Shown here: in pieces, positions 30,070 through 40,226 of the stretch
Layout of the letters: each line of letters opens with the position of its first letter
How positions within the stretch are numbered: the first letter of the stretch is position 1
Origin: an uncultured Streptococcus sp.
Lineage (GTDB): Bacteria > Bacillota > Bacilli > Lactobacillales > Streptococcaceae
Assembly: GCF_963528215.1 (NCBI RefSeq)
Contig: NZ_CAURVL010000010.1
Span: 6,472 to 70,471 of the forward strand
Reading direction: 5' to 3'
Length of the DNA stretch: 64,000 nt
Program-made: the position numbers and the translations under genes
Notes under the pieces: generated by a model
Database searches by the model: none
The model's input: only the letters and a program-made list of their open reading frames with translations
Told to the model about the DNA's origin: nothing

Positions 30070-32313
30070 ATGACTGAACACTATACCCATCTTTTGCAAG
30101 AAGTACTAAATGCTGCAAAGGAATTAGCTATTCAAAAACACAATTATCAAGTGGACATTCCGCATGTCTGGACAGTTCTGACCCAGCCTCAAGCTTTTGC
30201 CTTGGAATTCTATACCGGTTTGGACCTTGATATTAATGAATTTATCAGAGTCATCAATCAGGAACTAGCCAAGATTCCTGTATTTTCACATACGGACACG
30301 AACCGATTTGGACGTCAGTATAGCCAGCGTCTCAAGAATCTTTTAGATGATGCGGAGGCTGAGAGGGCGGAACTGAGGGACGAGGTGGTAACAGTAGAAC
30401 ACCTGATTCTCAGTCTATTTCACCAGCAGCGAAATCCTATAACTGTCTTTTTAAAGCAGGCTGGGATTGATAAGGAACTAGTTGCTAAAAAGTTGAATAA
30501 GGTTCGCCAAGGCAAACGAGCAGTCTCTTCCAGTCAGGAGAGTCGCTACCAGGCCCTGAGCAAATATGCAACTAACTTTAATCAGTGGTTAGCAGACCAG
30601 ACCGGTAGGAAGGTGATAGGCTGCAAAGAGGAAATCAATGATATTATCCGTGTCCTTTCCAGAAAAGACAAGAGCAATGCCATTCTCATAGGCTTTCCAG
30701 GTGTTGGAAAATCCAAAGTAATGGAGGGGTTTGTTGGCAGACTGCTTGCTGATGATGTTCCAGAACATTTACTGGGCAAGGAAGTTTTTAAGTTAAATCT
30801 AGGCGGACTGATTGCCGGGACTAAATATAGAGGAGAGTTTGAAGAGCGCTTCAAGGCTGTTTTGGATGAGGTGCTGGCTGCTAAGAGGAAGATTATTCTT
30901 TATATTGAGGATATCCACCAAATCGTGACAGCAGGTCGTACAGAGGGGTCTCTAGATGCAGGTAATCTTTTAAAACCGCTCTTGGCTCAAGGACAGATTA
31001 ATATCATTGGCACAACGACTTTTGCTGCCTATCGAGAGAGCTTCGAGCTAGATCAAGCTTTGGAGGGGCGTTTCCAGCGGATTCGTATTGAGGAGCCTGA
31101 TCAAGATAAGGCATTGACAATTCTGCAAGGACTGCGGGAGAATTATCAGGACTTTCACGGAGTTTCCCTGACGGATGAAGCTCTGCAGGAAGCGATTAGT
31201 CTTTCAATTCGTTATCTGTCAGATCGTTATTTGCCTGATAAGGCACTGGACTTGATTGATGAGGCTTGTGCTGTCAAGAAAATCCAGCTAGCTCAAGCGG
31301 AAACAGAACGACCAGACGTCAGTCGTGAAGATATAGCTAGTATCGTAGAACGTATAACGGGAATCAAAGTGCAGGGAATCATGGACAATGAGCGCGAACA
31401 CCTGCTAAATCTAGACAAGCTCCTGCGCCAGAGAATTGTAGGACAAGACCAAGCTGTTCAAAAGGTTTCGGAGGCCATTTTACGCTCGAGAGCTGGAATT
31501 CAAAATCCAAAGCGTCCTATTGGTTCATTCCTCTTTCTGGGGCCTACTGGAGTCGGGAAGACTGCTCTGGCAAAAGCCCTTGCTGAGCGGCTGTTTGGCA
31601 ATGAGTTGGAAATGGTCCGACTGGATATGTCTGAATACATGGAAAAACATGCAGTGGCTCGTTTAGTTGGTCCGCCACCAGGCTACGTAGGATTTGAAGA
31701 GGGAGGGCAGCTGACAGAAGCTGTTCGTAGAAGGCTTTATTCGATTGTCTTGCTGGATGAGATTGAGAAAGCCCATCCGGATGTATTTAACACCCTGCTG
31801 CAAGTATTGGACGAAGGACGCTTGACAGACTCTAAAGGGCGTACTATCGACTTTAAAAATACTATTTTGATTATGACAAGCAATATTGGCTCCCAGCAGA
31901 TTTTGGAAAGTCTCAAAAGTGAACAGGGACTGACTGCTGAAACGCAGGAAGAAGTTCTGTCTTTGCTGCAACATAGCTTTAGGCCAGAGTTTTTAAATCG
32001 GATTGACGAGACGGTTGTTTTCAATCCTCTGAGGACAGAAGATATGATCAATATCGTAAAAATTATGGTCCAGCAACTTCAGGAAAGGTTGGAACATCAG
32101 AAGATTCAGCTTCATCTGAGCGAAGAAGTCTATGCTTTTTTAGCCCAGAAAGGTTACCAACCAGAATTTGGTGCCCGTCCTATTCAAAGAAGCATTACGC
32201 GCTATCTCGAAACGCCTTTGGCTCGTTATTTGGTAGAAAATAAGGAAACAACTGAAATGACAGTTCAAGTCAGTTTGAAGGATAGGCAACTGGATTTTAA
32301 TTATTTGGTATAA
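30070..32313 (+). CDS. Clp/Hsp100 ATPase, ClpB-like, lacking the middle domain
   Basis: Clp N-domain (EHLILSL), NBD1 [20 protein letters not shown]2 [22 protein letters not shown]. Confidence 0.9.
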   Translation: MTEHYTHLLQEVLNAAKELAIQKHNYQVDIPHVWTVLTQPQAFALEFYTGLDLDINEFIRVINQELAKIPVFSHTDTNRFGRQYSQRLKNLLDDAEAERAELRDEVVTVEHLILSLFHQQRNPITVFLKQAGIDKELVAKKLNKVRQGKRAVSSSQESRYQALSKYATNFNQWLADQTGRKVIGCKEEINDIIRVLSRKDKSNAILIGFPGVGKSKVMEGFVGRLLADDVPEHLLGKEVFKLNLGGLIAGTKYRGEFEERFKAVLDEVLAAKRKIILYIEDIHQIVTAGRTEGSLDAGNLLKPLLAQGQINIIGTTTFAAYRESFELDQALEGRFQRIRIEEPDQDKALTILQGLRENYQDFHGVSLTDEALQEAISLSIRYLSDRYLPDKALDLIDEACAVKKIQLAQAETERPDVSREDIASIVERITGIKVQGIMDNEREHLLNLDKLLRQRIVGQDQAVQKVSEAILRSRAGIQNPKRPIGSFLFLGPTGVGKTALAKALAERLFGNELEMVRLDMSEYMEKHAVARLVGPPPGYVGFEEGGQLTEAVRRRLYSIVLLDEIEKAHPDVFNTLLQVLDEGRLTDSKGRTIDFKNTILIMTSNIGSQQILESLKSEQGLTAETQEEVLSLLQHSFRPEFLNRIDETVVFNPLRTEDMINIVKIMVQQLQERLEHQKIQLHLSEEVYAFLAQKGYQPEFGARPIQRSITRYLETPLARYLVENKETTEMTVQVSLKDRQLDFNYLV

Positions 32314-32325
32314 GTTTCTTCTAAA

Positions 32326-32339
32326 AGTAAGCGCTTACT
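32326..32339. promoter_or_regulatory. cre-like perfect palindrome upstream of the aco operon
   Basis: AGTAAGCGCTTACT. Confidence 0.55.
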
Positions 32340-32519
32340 ATGTATATACAAAGAAAAACAAAGAAAGGGGGTTCATGGTTTCTGAGCAGACTCTATCCTG
32401 AGATTTTGAAATGAGTCTTAGGTATACATAAAATAATGAGATGTTTTTTGTATCTATAGCCGACAGCAATCATTTTGATTGTTGGAGCACCCTTTGCATT
32501 TTATGAAAGGAGGCCTGTT

Positions 32520-33860
32520 TTGTCTGTTTATGATGTTTTGATTATCGGTGCTGGACCGGGCGGTTATGTGGCTGCTGAAGAAGCAGCTCGTTTAGGTAAG
32601 AAAGTCGCCGTAGTAGAAAAGAAGTCTATCGGCGGAACCTGTCTGAATGTAGGATGTATACCGTCTAAGGCCTATCTCCAGCACGGTCATTGGTTGCTGA
32701 CAATGGAGGAAGCTAGGCGTTATGGCGTTGAGAGCAAGCTTGAAAGGATTGATTTTGAGAAATTGGTAGACCGAAAGAATCAAGTTATTGCCAGTTTGCA
32801 ATCTGGAATTCATGCTAGCTTTAAGTCTTTAGGTATTGAATATATCCAAGGGCAGGCCAAGTTTGTCAAAGACCGAACTTTCTCCGTCAATGGAAAAGAA
32901 ATCAGTGGCAAAGATGTGATTTTGGCTACTGGCAGTTATCCTTTTGTGCCTCCTATCAAGGGATTGGAACAGGTTGATTATCTAACGACGGATACGTTTT
33001 TTGACTTGAGGGATCTTCCTGAGAAGTTGGTCATTATCGGAGGTGGCGTTATCGCAATTGAGCTAGCTTTCGCTATGGCTCCTCTGGGTGTTGAGGTCAC
33101 TGTTATCGAGGTTGCGCCGGAAATCCTTTTGACTGAAGAAGCAGAAGCGCGACATGTGATTCAAAAGAAACTAAAGAAAATGGGGGTGATGATTTATCAG
33201 GGAGCGCAGATAAAGGAAGTAACTGCTAATTCTGTCTTACTTGAGAACGAGCAGGTTGCTTTCGACCATCTTTTGGTCGCTACTGGCCGCAAACCAAATC
33301 TAGAGCTAGCAAAGGATATGGGATTAGCCTTGACAGAACGGAATTTTGTCAAGGTAGATCAATACTACGAAACATCCAAAGAGCATGTTTATGCTATCGG
33401 TGATCTCTTGGAATCTTATATGCTGGCTCACGTAGCTAGTGCAGAAGGAATAAAGGCTGTAAGAGCTATCTGCCGGAGGGCTGAAGAAGCAGTTGATCCG
33501 CTCGGTGTTCCCCGTTCACTCTACACCAATCCTGAAGTGGCTTCTTTTGGTCTCAGCAAGGAAGAGGCTGAGCAGGCGGGCTATGATGTTCTGGTCGAGC
33601 AGCTGCCTTTCTCTTATAATGGGCGGGCTATCGCTATAGGTGAGACAGAGGGCTATGTCAAGTTAATTTCAGAAAAGAAATATCATCTTCTACTAGGTGC
33701 AGTCATCGTCGGTCCGAACGGTACAGATCTTCTGCAGAATTTGATTTTGCTGAGGCAGGCTGAAGCAACGCTGGATCAAGTTCTTGAAACAGTTTTTGCT
33801 CATCCTACCACATCAGAACTAATACAAGAGGTCGCTAAAAGAATCGTTCAGGACGATTAA
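32520..33860 (+). CDS. acoL: dihydrolipoamide dehydrogenase (E3)
   Basis: GAGPGG, GGTCLNVGCIP, HPTTSE; TTG start after aaggagg. Confidence 0.9.
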   Translation: MSVYDVLIIGAGPGGYVAAEEAARLGKKVAVVEKKSIGGTCLNVGCIPSKAYLQHGHWLLTMEEARRYGVESKLERIDFEKLVDRKNQVIASLQSGIHASFKSLGIEYIQGQAKFVKDRTFSVNGKEISGKDVILATGSYPFVPPIKGLEQVDYLTTDTFFDLRDLPEKLVIIGGGVIAIELAFAMAPLGVEVTVIEVAPEILLTEEAEARHVIQKKLKKMGVMIYQGAQIKEVTANSVLLENEQVAFDHLLVATGRKPNLELAKDMGLALTERNFVKVDQYYETSKEHVYAIGDLLESYMLAHVASAEGIKAVRAICRRAEEAVDPLGVPRSLYTNPEVASFGLSKEEAEQAGYDVLVEQLPFSYNGRAIAIGETEGYVKLISEKKYHLLLGAVIVGPNGTDLLQNLILLRQAEATLDQVLETVFAHPTTSELIQEVAKRIVQDD

Positions 33861-33875
33861 TGAGGAGGTAAAAAT

Positions 33876-34949
33876 ATGTCAAATTATAAAGATTTACCAC
33901 AACAGTTGAGCAAAACAAGAAACCAAAGTGCTGTATCAGAGCTAGTCGATTTAAAAGTCCATGATGCTACCGAAGTTGAGGTTGAGCAGATTTCAAAAGA
34001 AAAAGCCAAGACCATGTATAAAACCATGTGGGATATCCGTAATTTTGAGGAAAATACCCGGCGTTTCTTTGCTGCAGGACAGATTCCTGGTTTTGTTCAC
34101 CTTTATGCTGGAGAGGAAGCGATTGCTACTGGCGTCTGTGCCAATCTGACAGACAAGGACTATATTACCAGTACTCACCGGGGACACGGTCACTGTGTTG
34201 CTAAGGGTGGTGATTTAAAGGGAATGATGGCAGAAATTTTTGGCAAGGAGACTGGGCTTGGAAAAGGAAAAGGCGGATCTATGCACATCGCCGATTTGGA
34301 CAAGGGGATTCTCGGTGCCAATGGTATGGTTGGTGGAGGCTTTGGTCTAGCTACCGGTGCTGCTATGCGCAACAAGTATTTGAAAACTGACAGTGTAGCG
34401 GTCTGCTTCTTCGGTGACGGCGCAGCCAATGAAGGAAATTTCCACGAATGTCTCAACATGGCAGCAATTTGGAAACTGCCGGTTATCTTTGTCAATGAAA
34501 ACAACCTCTTTGCAGAATCTACACCGCAATGGTATTCTTCAGCGTCTGGTACCATTGCTGAAAGGGCTGCTGCTTATAACATGCCTGGCATCCGGGTTAA
34601 TGGTAAGGATTTATTCGCTGTCTACCAAGTAGCCAAGGAAGCTGTAGAGCGGGCTCGTAGAGGCGAAGGACCTACCTTGATTGAAGCTGTAACCTATCGC
34701 GACCATGGTCACTTTGAGGGCGATGAGCAGAGGTATAAAGCTCTGGAAGGTGAAGAAAAAGACTGGGCTGATGTGGATGCTCTAGATGTCTTCCGTGACT
34801 ACGCTATCGAGCATGGCCTCTTGACCGAAGAGGAACTTGATACCATCTTAGAAGAGTCTCGAAAGGATGTAGAAGAAGCTATCAAATTTGCTCAAGACAG
34901 TCCGATTCCTCGTTCCGAGTCTCTGCTGGAAGATGTATTTGCTGATTGA
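33876..34949 (+). CDS. acoA: TPP-dependent acetoin dehydrogenase-type E1 alpha
   Basis: PGFVHLYAGEEA, STHRGHGH, GDGAANEG. Confidence 0.88.
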   Translation: MSNYKDLPQQLSKTRNQSAVSELVDLKVHDATEVEVEQISKEKAKTMYKTMWDIRNFEENTRRFFAAGQIPGFVHLYAGEEAIATGVCANLTDKDYITSTHRGHGHCVAKGGDLKGMMAEIFGKETGLGKGKGGSMHIADLDKGILGANGMVGGGFGLATGAAMRNKYLKTDSVAVCFFGDGAANEGNFHECLNMAAIWKLPVIFVNENNLFAESTPQWYSSASGTIAERAAAYNMPGIRVNGKDLFAVYQVAKEAVERARRGEGPTLIEAVTYRDHGHFEGDEQRYKALEGEEKDWADVDALDVFRDYAIEHGLLTEEELDTILEESRKDVEEAIKFAQDSPIPRSESLLEDVFAD

Positions 34950-34967
34950 TAGAAGGAGGTTGATCAA

Positions 34968-35999
34968 ATGGCTAGACAACTGTTATTTATGAAAGCAATC
35001 AATGAAGCGCTGGATCAGGCAATGGCAAAAGATGACACCGTAATCCTTCTGGGAGAAGATATTGCTGGCGGTGTAACAATCAAGCACTTGGAAGAAGAAA
35101 ACGAAGATGCTTGGGGCGGTGTAATGGGTGTGACCAAGGGACTCATGCCAAAATACGGCCGAGAGCGGGTGATTGATACTCCGATTTCTGAGCACGGATA
35201 CGTGTCAGCTTCTGTTGGAATGGCTCTGACTGGCTTGCGGCCAGTACCGGAGCTGATGTTCAATGACTTTATCGGTTTCTGCTTTGACGCCATTCTGGGG
35301 CAAGGCTCGAAAATGCGCTATATGTTTGGCGGTAAGGCCAAGGTTCCGATGACAATGCGGACCATGCATGGGGCAGGAGCTTCGGCTGCAGCTCAACACT
35401 CGGGTTCATATTACGGTCTCTTTGGATCTATTCCTGGTATAAAGGTAGTTGTTCCAGCAACTCCGTATGATGCTAAAGGGTTACTGCTGGCTTCCATTGA
35501 AGACGACAATATCGTGATTTATTCAGAAGATAAGACCCTCTATGGTATCAAGGGAGAGGTACCAGAAGAATATTATACAGTTCCAATTGGAAAGGCTGCT
35601 GTCCGCCGTGAAGGAACAGACCTCACTATCGTTACTATCGGTAAAATGCTTTATGTTGCTTATGAGGTAGCGGATCGCTTGGAAAAAGATGGTATTTCGG
35701 TTGAAGTGATTGACTTGAGAACGGTAGCCCCTTGGGATGAGGAGACTGTCTTTGAATCAGTCAAGAAAACTGGACGGCTGATTATCGTTGATGAATCAAA
35801 CCCTCACAATAACACCGCGACGGATATTGCAGCAGCTGTGACAGACAAATGCTTTGACTATCTGGACGGTCCAGTGAAATGCGTCTGCGCGCCAAATGTG
35901 CCGGTACCATTTGCGGTGAATTTGGAACAGCTCTATATCCCTAATGCTGATAAGGTTCTGACTGTTGCTGCAGAATTGATTGACGATCTGAAGAGATAG
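34968..35999 (+). CDS. acoB: acetoin dehydrogenase-type E1 beta
   Basis: DAWGGVMGVTKGL insertion typical of AcoB; DTPISE; AQHS. Confidence 0.88.
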   Translation: MARQLLFMKAINEALDQAMAKDDTVILLGEDIAGGVTIKHLEEENEDAWGGVMGVTKGLMPKYGRERVIDTPISEHGYVSASVGMALTGLRPVPELMFNDFIGFCFDAILGQGSKMRYMFGGKAKVPMTMRTMHGAGASAAAQHSGSYYGLFGSIPGIKVVVPATPYDAKGLLLASIEDDNIVIYSEDKTLYGIKGEVPEEYYTVPIGKAAVRREGTDLTIVTIGKMLYVAYEVADRLEKDGISVEVIDLRTVAPWDEETVFESVKKTGRLIIVDESNPHNNTATDIAAAVTDKCFDYLDGPVKCVCAPNVPVPFAVNLEQLYIPNADKVLTVAAELIDDLKR

Positions 36000-36012
36000 A
36001 AGGGAGGCAAGT

Positions 36013-37272
36013 ATGGCTACAGAAATTGTAATGCCTAAGCTAGGCTTAACAATGACCGAAGGTCTGATAAATAACTGGCTGGTCAAGGAAGGCGACACCG
36101 TAGCTGCTGGTCAGCCTGTCTTGGAAATCAGTTCTGAAAAATTGACCAGCGATGTAGAGGCGCCAATCGCAGGAGTGATTTTAAAAATTATCAGTCAGGC
36201 GGGCGATACTGTCCCTTGCAAGAAAGTAATTGCATGGATTGGTGAAGCGGGAGAATCTATTCTAGGTATGGAGACGGAAGAAGTTTCTGCGAATAAATCA
36301 GAAAGTGATAAGGGAGCAGTTGGTTCAGAGCCAGAGCTAGCTGAAAAAACTGTGGCAGCAAGTTCCAGCCCTGTTGGAAAAAATGAACAGGGACGTATTT
36401 TTATCACTCCGCTGGCCCGCAAGATTGCTAAGGAAAAAGGATATGATATTTCCATGATTTCAGGAACGGGAGGCAAGGGCCGCATTACCCGACGGGATGT
36501 GGAAAACTATAAACCAGAGGCGCTCCCAAACCAAACACCTGAAAATATCTCTGCGATCCTTCAGCCGGCTAGTCAGGCTGACTATGGCGCAGGATTGACA
36601 GGCATTCGCAAGACTATTGCGGAGCGGATGATGACCAGTCTCCAGACATCGGCTCAGGTGACCTTGCACCGTAAGGTGGATATCAGCAAGCTGATGACCT
36701 TTAGACAGGATATGAAAGATAAGGTGGCTTCTCCGCTAGAAAATGGCGAAATCAGCATCACGACTCTGCTGACAAAGGCAGTTGCCAAGGCATTGAAAGA
36801 TCACCCTCAGCTCAACGCTTGGTATTTCAATGGCCAGTATCAGGAAGTAGAAGATATTCATATCGGTATTGCGACTGCGCTTAGTGATGGTCTGGTGGTG
36901 CCAGTCATTCGTCACGTGGATAAGCTAACGCTGGCTGACTTGGGCTTAGCTATCAAAACAGAGGCCAACCAAGCTCGTAAAGGAACTTTGGATCCAGCTC
37001 TTTACTCAGGTTCAACCTTCAGTATTACCAATCTCGGGGGAGCAGGGATTGAGTATTTCACTCCTATCCTAAATACACCAGAAGTGGCCATTTTAGGAGT
37101 TGGTGCCCTGCAAACGGCGCTGGCTCTTGACAGCCAAGGACAGGTCTATGAGCAGAAATTCCTGCCGCTCAGCCTGACTTTTGACCATCAAGTAGTAGAT
37201 GGTCAGCCTGCAGCGGAGTTTCTAGCCAGTTTAGCGGACAAGTTGGAGTCTCCTTACGACTTGGTTTTCTGA
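36013..37272 (+). CDS. acoC: dihydrolipoamide acetyltransferase (E2)
   Basis: Lipoyl domain SSEKL, E3-binding TPLARK/GTGGKGRI, catalytic FDHQVVDG. Confidence 0.9.
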   Translation: MATEIVMPKLGLTMTEGLINNWLVKEGDTVAAGQPVLEISSEKLTSDVEAPIAGVILKIISQAGDTVPCKKVIAWIGEAGESILGMETEEVSANKSESDKGAVGSEPELAEKTVAASSSPVGKNEQGRIFITPLARKIAKEKGYDISMISGTGGKGRITRRDVENYKPEALPNQTPENISAILQPASQADYGAGLTGIRKTIAERMMTSLQTSAQVTLHRKVDISKLMTFRQDMKDKVASPLENGEISITTLLTKAVAKALKDHPQLNAWYFNGQYQEVEDIHIGIATALSDGLVVPVIRHVDKLTLADLGLAIKTEANQARKGTLDPALYSGSTFSITNLGGAGIEYFTPILNTPEVAILGVGALQTALALDSQGQVYEQKFLPLSLTFDHQVVDGQPAAEFLASLADKLESPYDLVF

Positions 37273-37314
37273 TAAAAGAATGAATAAAGAATTACATTCC
37301 TGAATGATAAAGAA

Positions 37315-37355
37315 AAAGGCCAGCTGTTTATATCACTCATTAACAGTTGGCCTTT
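37315..37355 (+). terminator. terminator after aco operon
   Basis: aaaggccagctgtt / aacagttggccttt. Confidence 0.7.
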
Positions 37356-37515
37356 ATGTATTCTATCATTCTCTTGCTTCAAATTTATAATGTTTAGATA
37401 AGGAAATGACAGGATGATAGGGAGTAAGTTCTAAGGCTCTAAGTAGGTGGATAAAGCTGCAGTATAAGTTAAATTGAATGACGATAATGGGAGAAAAATA
37501 TCAGTGAGGTAGAAT

Positions 37516-40116
37516 ATGAAGGTTGCCAAAACACTAGTCTTAGAATATCTAGAACAAGAATTACTAAAGAATAATAAGCAAGGTCTTGAAACGAAAGTAA
37601 TTGCTGCTGCTTTAGGAATGCAACGCTCAAATGTGAGCACTATCTTGAATCAATTGGTAAAAGAAGGGATACTCGTTAAAGGAAATACACGGCCAGTTCA
37701 ATACAAGTTAAAAGAGATATTTGTAGAAAATCCTTTGGATTTTCCAAGCATTATAGGTGAAAATGGCAGTTTGCGAACAGCCATCCAGTTAGCACAGGCA
37801 GCTATTTTATACCCAAATCATGCTCTTCCTGTACTCATTTTATCCGAGGTCGGTACTGGTAGAACTCACTTCGTTAATAAAATGATGGAGTTTGCCATTC
37901 AAAATCAAGCAATTAGTAAACCTCAGTTGTTTGAAAAAATTAACTGCTTAGACTATATTGATGTTTTGGATGATTTACTGAAGTTGTTATTTGGCTCAGA
38001 GGCGTCGAAGTCTGTATTTGAGAAAGTAGCAGAAGGAATTTTATTTATAGATAACATACAAGTTCTATCTTCGGCGGATCAAAATAGATTGATTTCCTGG
38101 CTGGATCACAGAGAAGGAGAACAAAAGAGACTTCAGAAGAAAGGTTTGGTAATTATCGGAAGTAGCGCTAAGCTATCTGAACATTTATCCAATAAACTTC
38201 CTGTTGTAATCCAGCTGCCTTCTTATCTGAATCGACCGATTAGTGAAAAGCTAGAGTTACTAAATTACTTTTTAGCTATCGAATCAAAGAATTCTGCGCA
38301 TGATATTCAAGTACCGCGTGATGTCATTCATTCCTTCATCCTATCAGCGAATATTAGCAATATAAAAGAATTAGAATATGCAGTTCGAACTGCTTGTGCC
38401 AATGCTTTTGTAAGAAGTCTGAGGTCGGAGCTAAAAGATTTAACACTTAGTAATGACGATTTGCCCATTCCTTATCAAGGAATTCGTCATTTAGGTGGTC
38501 ATAATGTAGTTAAAATCGATGAATTGATTGGCAAACGTAAGGTGCTAATTTATGATAAGGAGTTGGGATTGCTGGATTTTCCAGAACAAGAGTCGGATGA
38601 TTTATATAACAAAATTAAATCAGAATATTCTCAGTTATCAGAAAGAGGCATTGAGCAGGATGATGTTTTTGAGGCAGTGAGAAACTATATTCAAAGCTAT
38701 ATTGAATACAAACCTTTTGTTAAGAAAGAAGATGAGTTGGAAAATCTTAATCAGCTTGAGACGATTGTTTCTGCTGAAGTAATCCAGTTGGTACAAGCCT
38801 TTGTTCTATCTGTTCAAAAAGAACTCAATATAGAGCTTAATTCGACGGCATATTACGGCATCAGCCTTCATGTCAATGCGATGCTTCAGCAGAAAGGGTC
38901 GTTAAACCGGCAGTTGGATAATGATGCTATTGTGAAAGTGATTCGGGATTATCCAATAGAGTATGCACAATGTTCTAAATTTGCCAGGCAACTAGAAACA
39001 AGATTTCAACTAGCTGTTCCAATAGATGAAATCGTCATCCTAACCATGTTTATTATTGAATCCGAAAAGAAACAAGATAGTCTACGACCTATCTTGCTCT
39101 ACGTCCTGCACGGTAAAGGGGTTGCCAAGTCCTTGGCTGAGTCAACCAAGATGCTGACTAAAAATAGCCAAGTGTATGGCTTTGATATTCTATTAGAAGA
39201 ATCTCTAGAGGAAAGCTATTGTAAATTAAAAGAGCAAATTGAGAAGCTAGACCAAGGTTTAGGGGTCATCGTCCTCTATGATATGGGATCGACTAAGGAA
39301 ATGCTGGATAAAATTCGAGAAGAAACTCTGATTAAAATCAGAGAATTTGAAATTCCCATTACTATGATTGGCATGGGGATTGCACGGCGCTGTTTGATAG
39401 AAAATGATATTGACAGTGTCTTTCACGCTTTTCATATGGAAATGAATCAGCTTTATAAAAATCGGGACCAGGAAAAAATCATCATTACACTCTGTTATAC
39501 CAGCGAAGGCGGTTCTCTTCAGCTCAAGCACTATCTTGATCAGTATTCAAAGCTGGGCTACCGTGTCATTGCTTTGTCAGTTGCTAATAAGGAAATGTTG
39601 ATTGAGGAAGTGATGGCCTTAAGAAAGACCTATCAAATTCATGCTTTTGTTGGAACTTTCGATCCCCAAATTATGGGTATCCCTTTCATTTCCATTAAAG
39701 ATGTTTTTGAGCAACCCCAGGAGCACCTAGATAAGTTATTGATGTTTGTACCGACCTCTATCAATAGCTACGATTATGAGAAAGTTTACCAATTTTTAGA
39801 AGAGCAATTTGTCTATACTTCCTTAGCTAAGATTAAAAAGATTCTTCCTGCTATTTTAGATGAATTTGATTTTTATTATCAGCTGACAGAGGAGCAAACA
39901 ATAGGTTTGTTTGTTCATATTGCGTGTCTAGTGGAGCGAACCCTTTCAGGAGAATGCTTGAAGAAGAGTAGTAAAGAAATTGCTGGTGTTATCGAAAAAT
40001 TCCCTGATGACTATAAGCACGTGAGGAAAATCATCCGAACGGTGGAGCGAAGCTTTAAGATTCTTGTAGATGACGCAGAGGTCAGTGTTTTAATTCAGAT
40101 GCTGCGCAAATTATAA
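37516..40116 (+). CDS. LevR-like PRD-containing transcriptional regulator with degenerate AAA+ domain
   Basis: N-terminal HTH (QRSNVSTILNQL), AAILYP, PRD-like segments (ISLHV, LFVHI), EIIA-like VLHG, EIIB-like TLCYTSEG. Confidence 0.85.
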   Translation: MKVAKTLVLEYLEQELLKNNKQGLETKVIAAALGMQRSNVSTILNQLVKEGILVKGNTRPVQYKLKEIFVENPLDFPSIIGENGSLRTAIQLAQAAILYPNHALPVLILSEVGTGRTHFVNKMMEFAIQNQAISKPQLFEKINCLDYIDVLDDLLKLLFGSEASKSVFEKVAEGILFIDNIQVLSSADQNRLISWLDHREGEQKRLQKKGLVIIGSSAKLSEHLSNKLPVVIQLPSYLNRPISEKLELLNYFLAIESKNSAHDIQVPRDVIHSFILSANISNIKELEYAVRTACANAFVRSLRSELKDLTLSNDDLPIPYQGIRHLGGHNVVKIDELIGKRKVLIYDKELGLLDFPEQESDDLYNKIKSEYSQLSERGIEQDDVFEAVRNYIQSYIEYKPFVKKEDELENLNQLETIVSAEVIQLVQAFVLSVQKELNIELNSTAYYGISLHVNAMLQQKGSLNRQLDNDAIVKVIRDYPIEYAQCSKFARQLETRFQLAVPIDEIVILTMFIIESEKKQDSLRPILLYVLHGKGVAKSLAESTKMLTKNSQVYGFDILLEESLEESYCKLKEQIEKLDQGLGVIVLYDMGSTKEMLDKIREETLIKIREFEIPITMIGMGIARRCLIENDIDSVFHAFHMEMNQLYKNRDQEKIIITLCYTSEGGSLQLKHYLDQYSKLGYRVIALSVANKEMLIEEVMALRKTYQIHAFVGTFDPQIMGIPFISIKDVFEQPQEHLDKLLMFVPTSINSYDYEKVYQFLEEQFVYTSLAKIKKILPAILDEFDFYYQLTEEQTIGLFVHIACLVERTLSGECLKKSSKEIAGVIEKFPDDYKHVRKIIRTVERSFKILVDDAEVSVLIQMLRKL

Positions 40117-40226
40117 AATTGTAAGTTGGAGTCGCAAACTAATAAAAAGCACCTAACTCTCATTACCTTTTTAGTCGGGATTTACATTTCCGATTTCTGT
40201 GGTAATGTTGTGATTTAGATGCTTTT

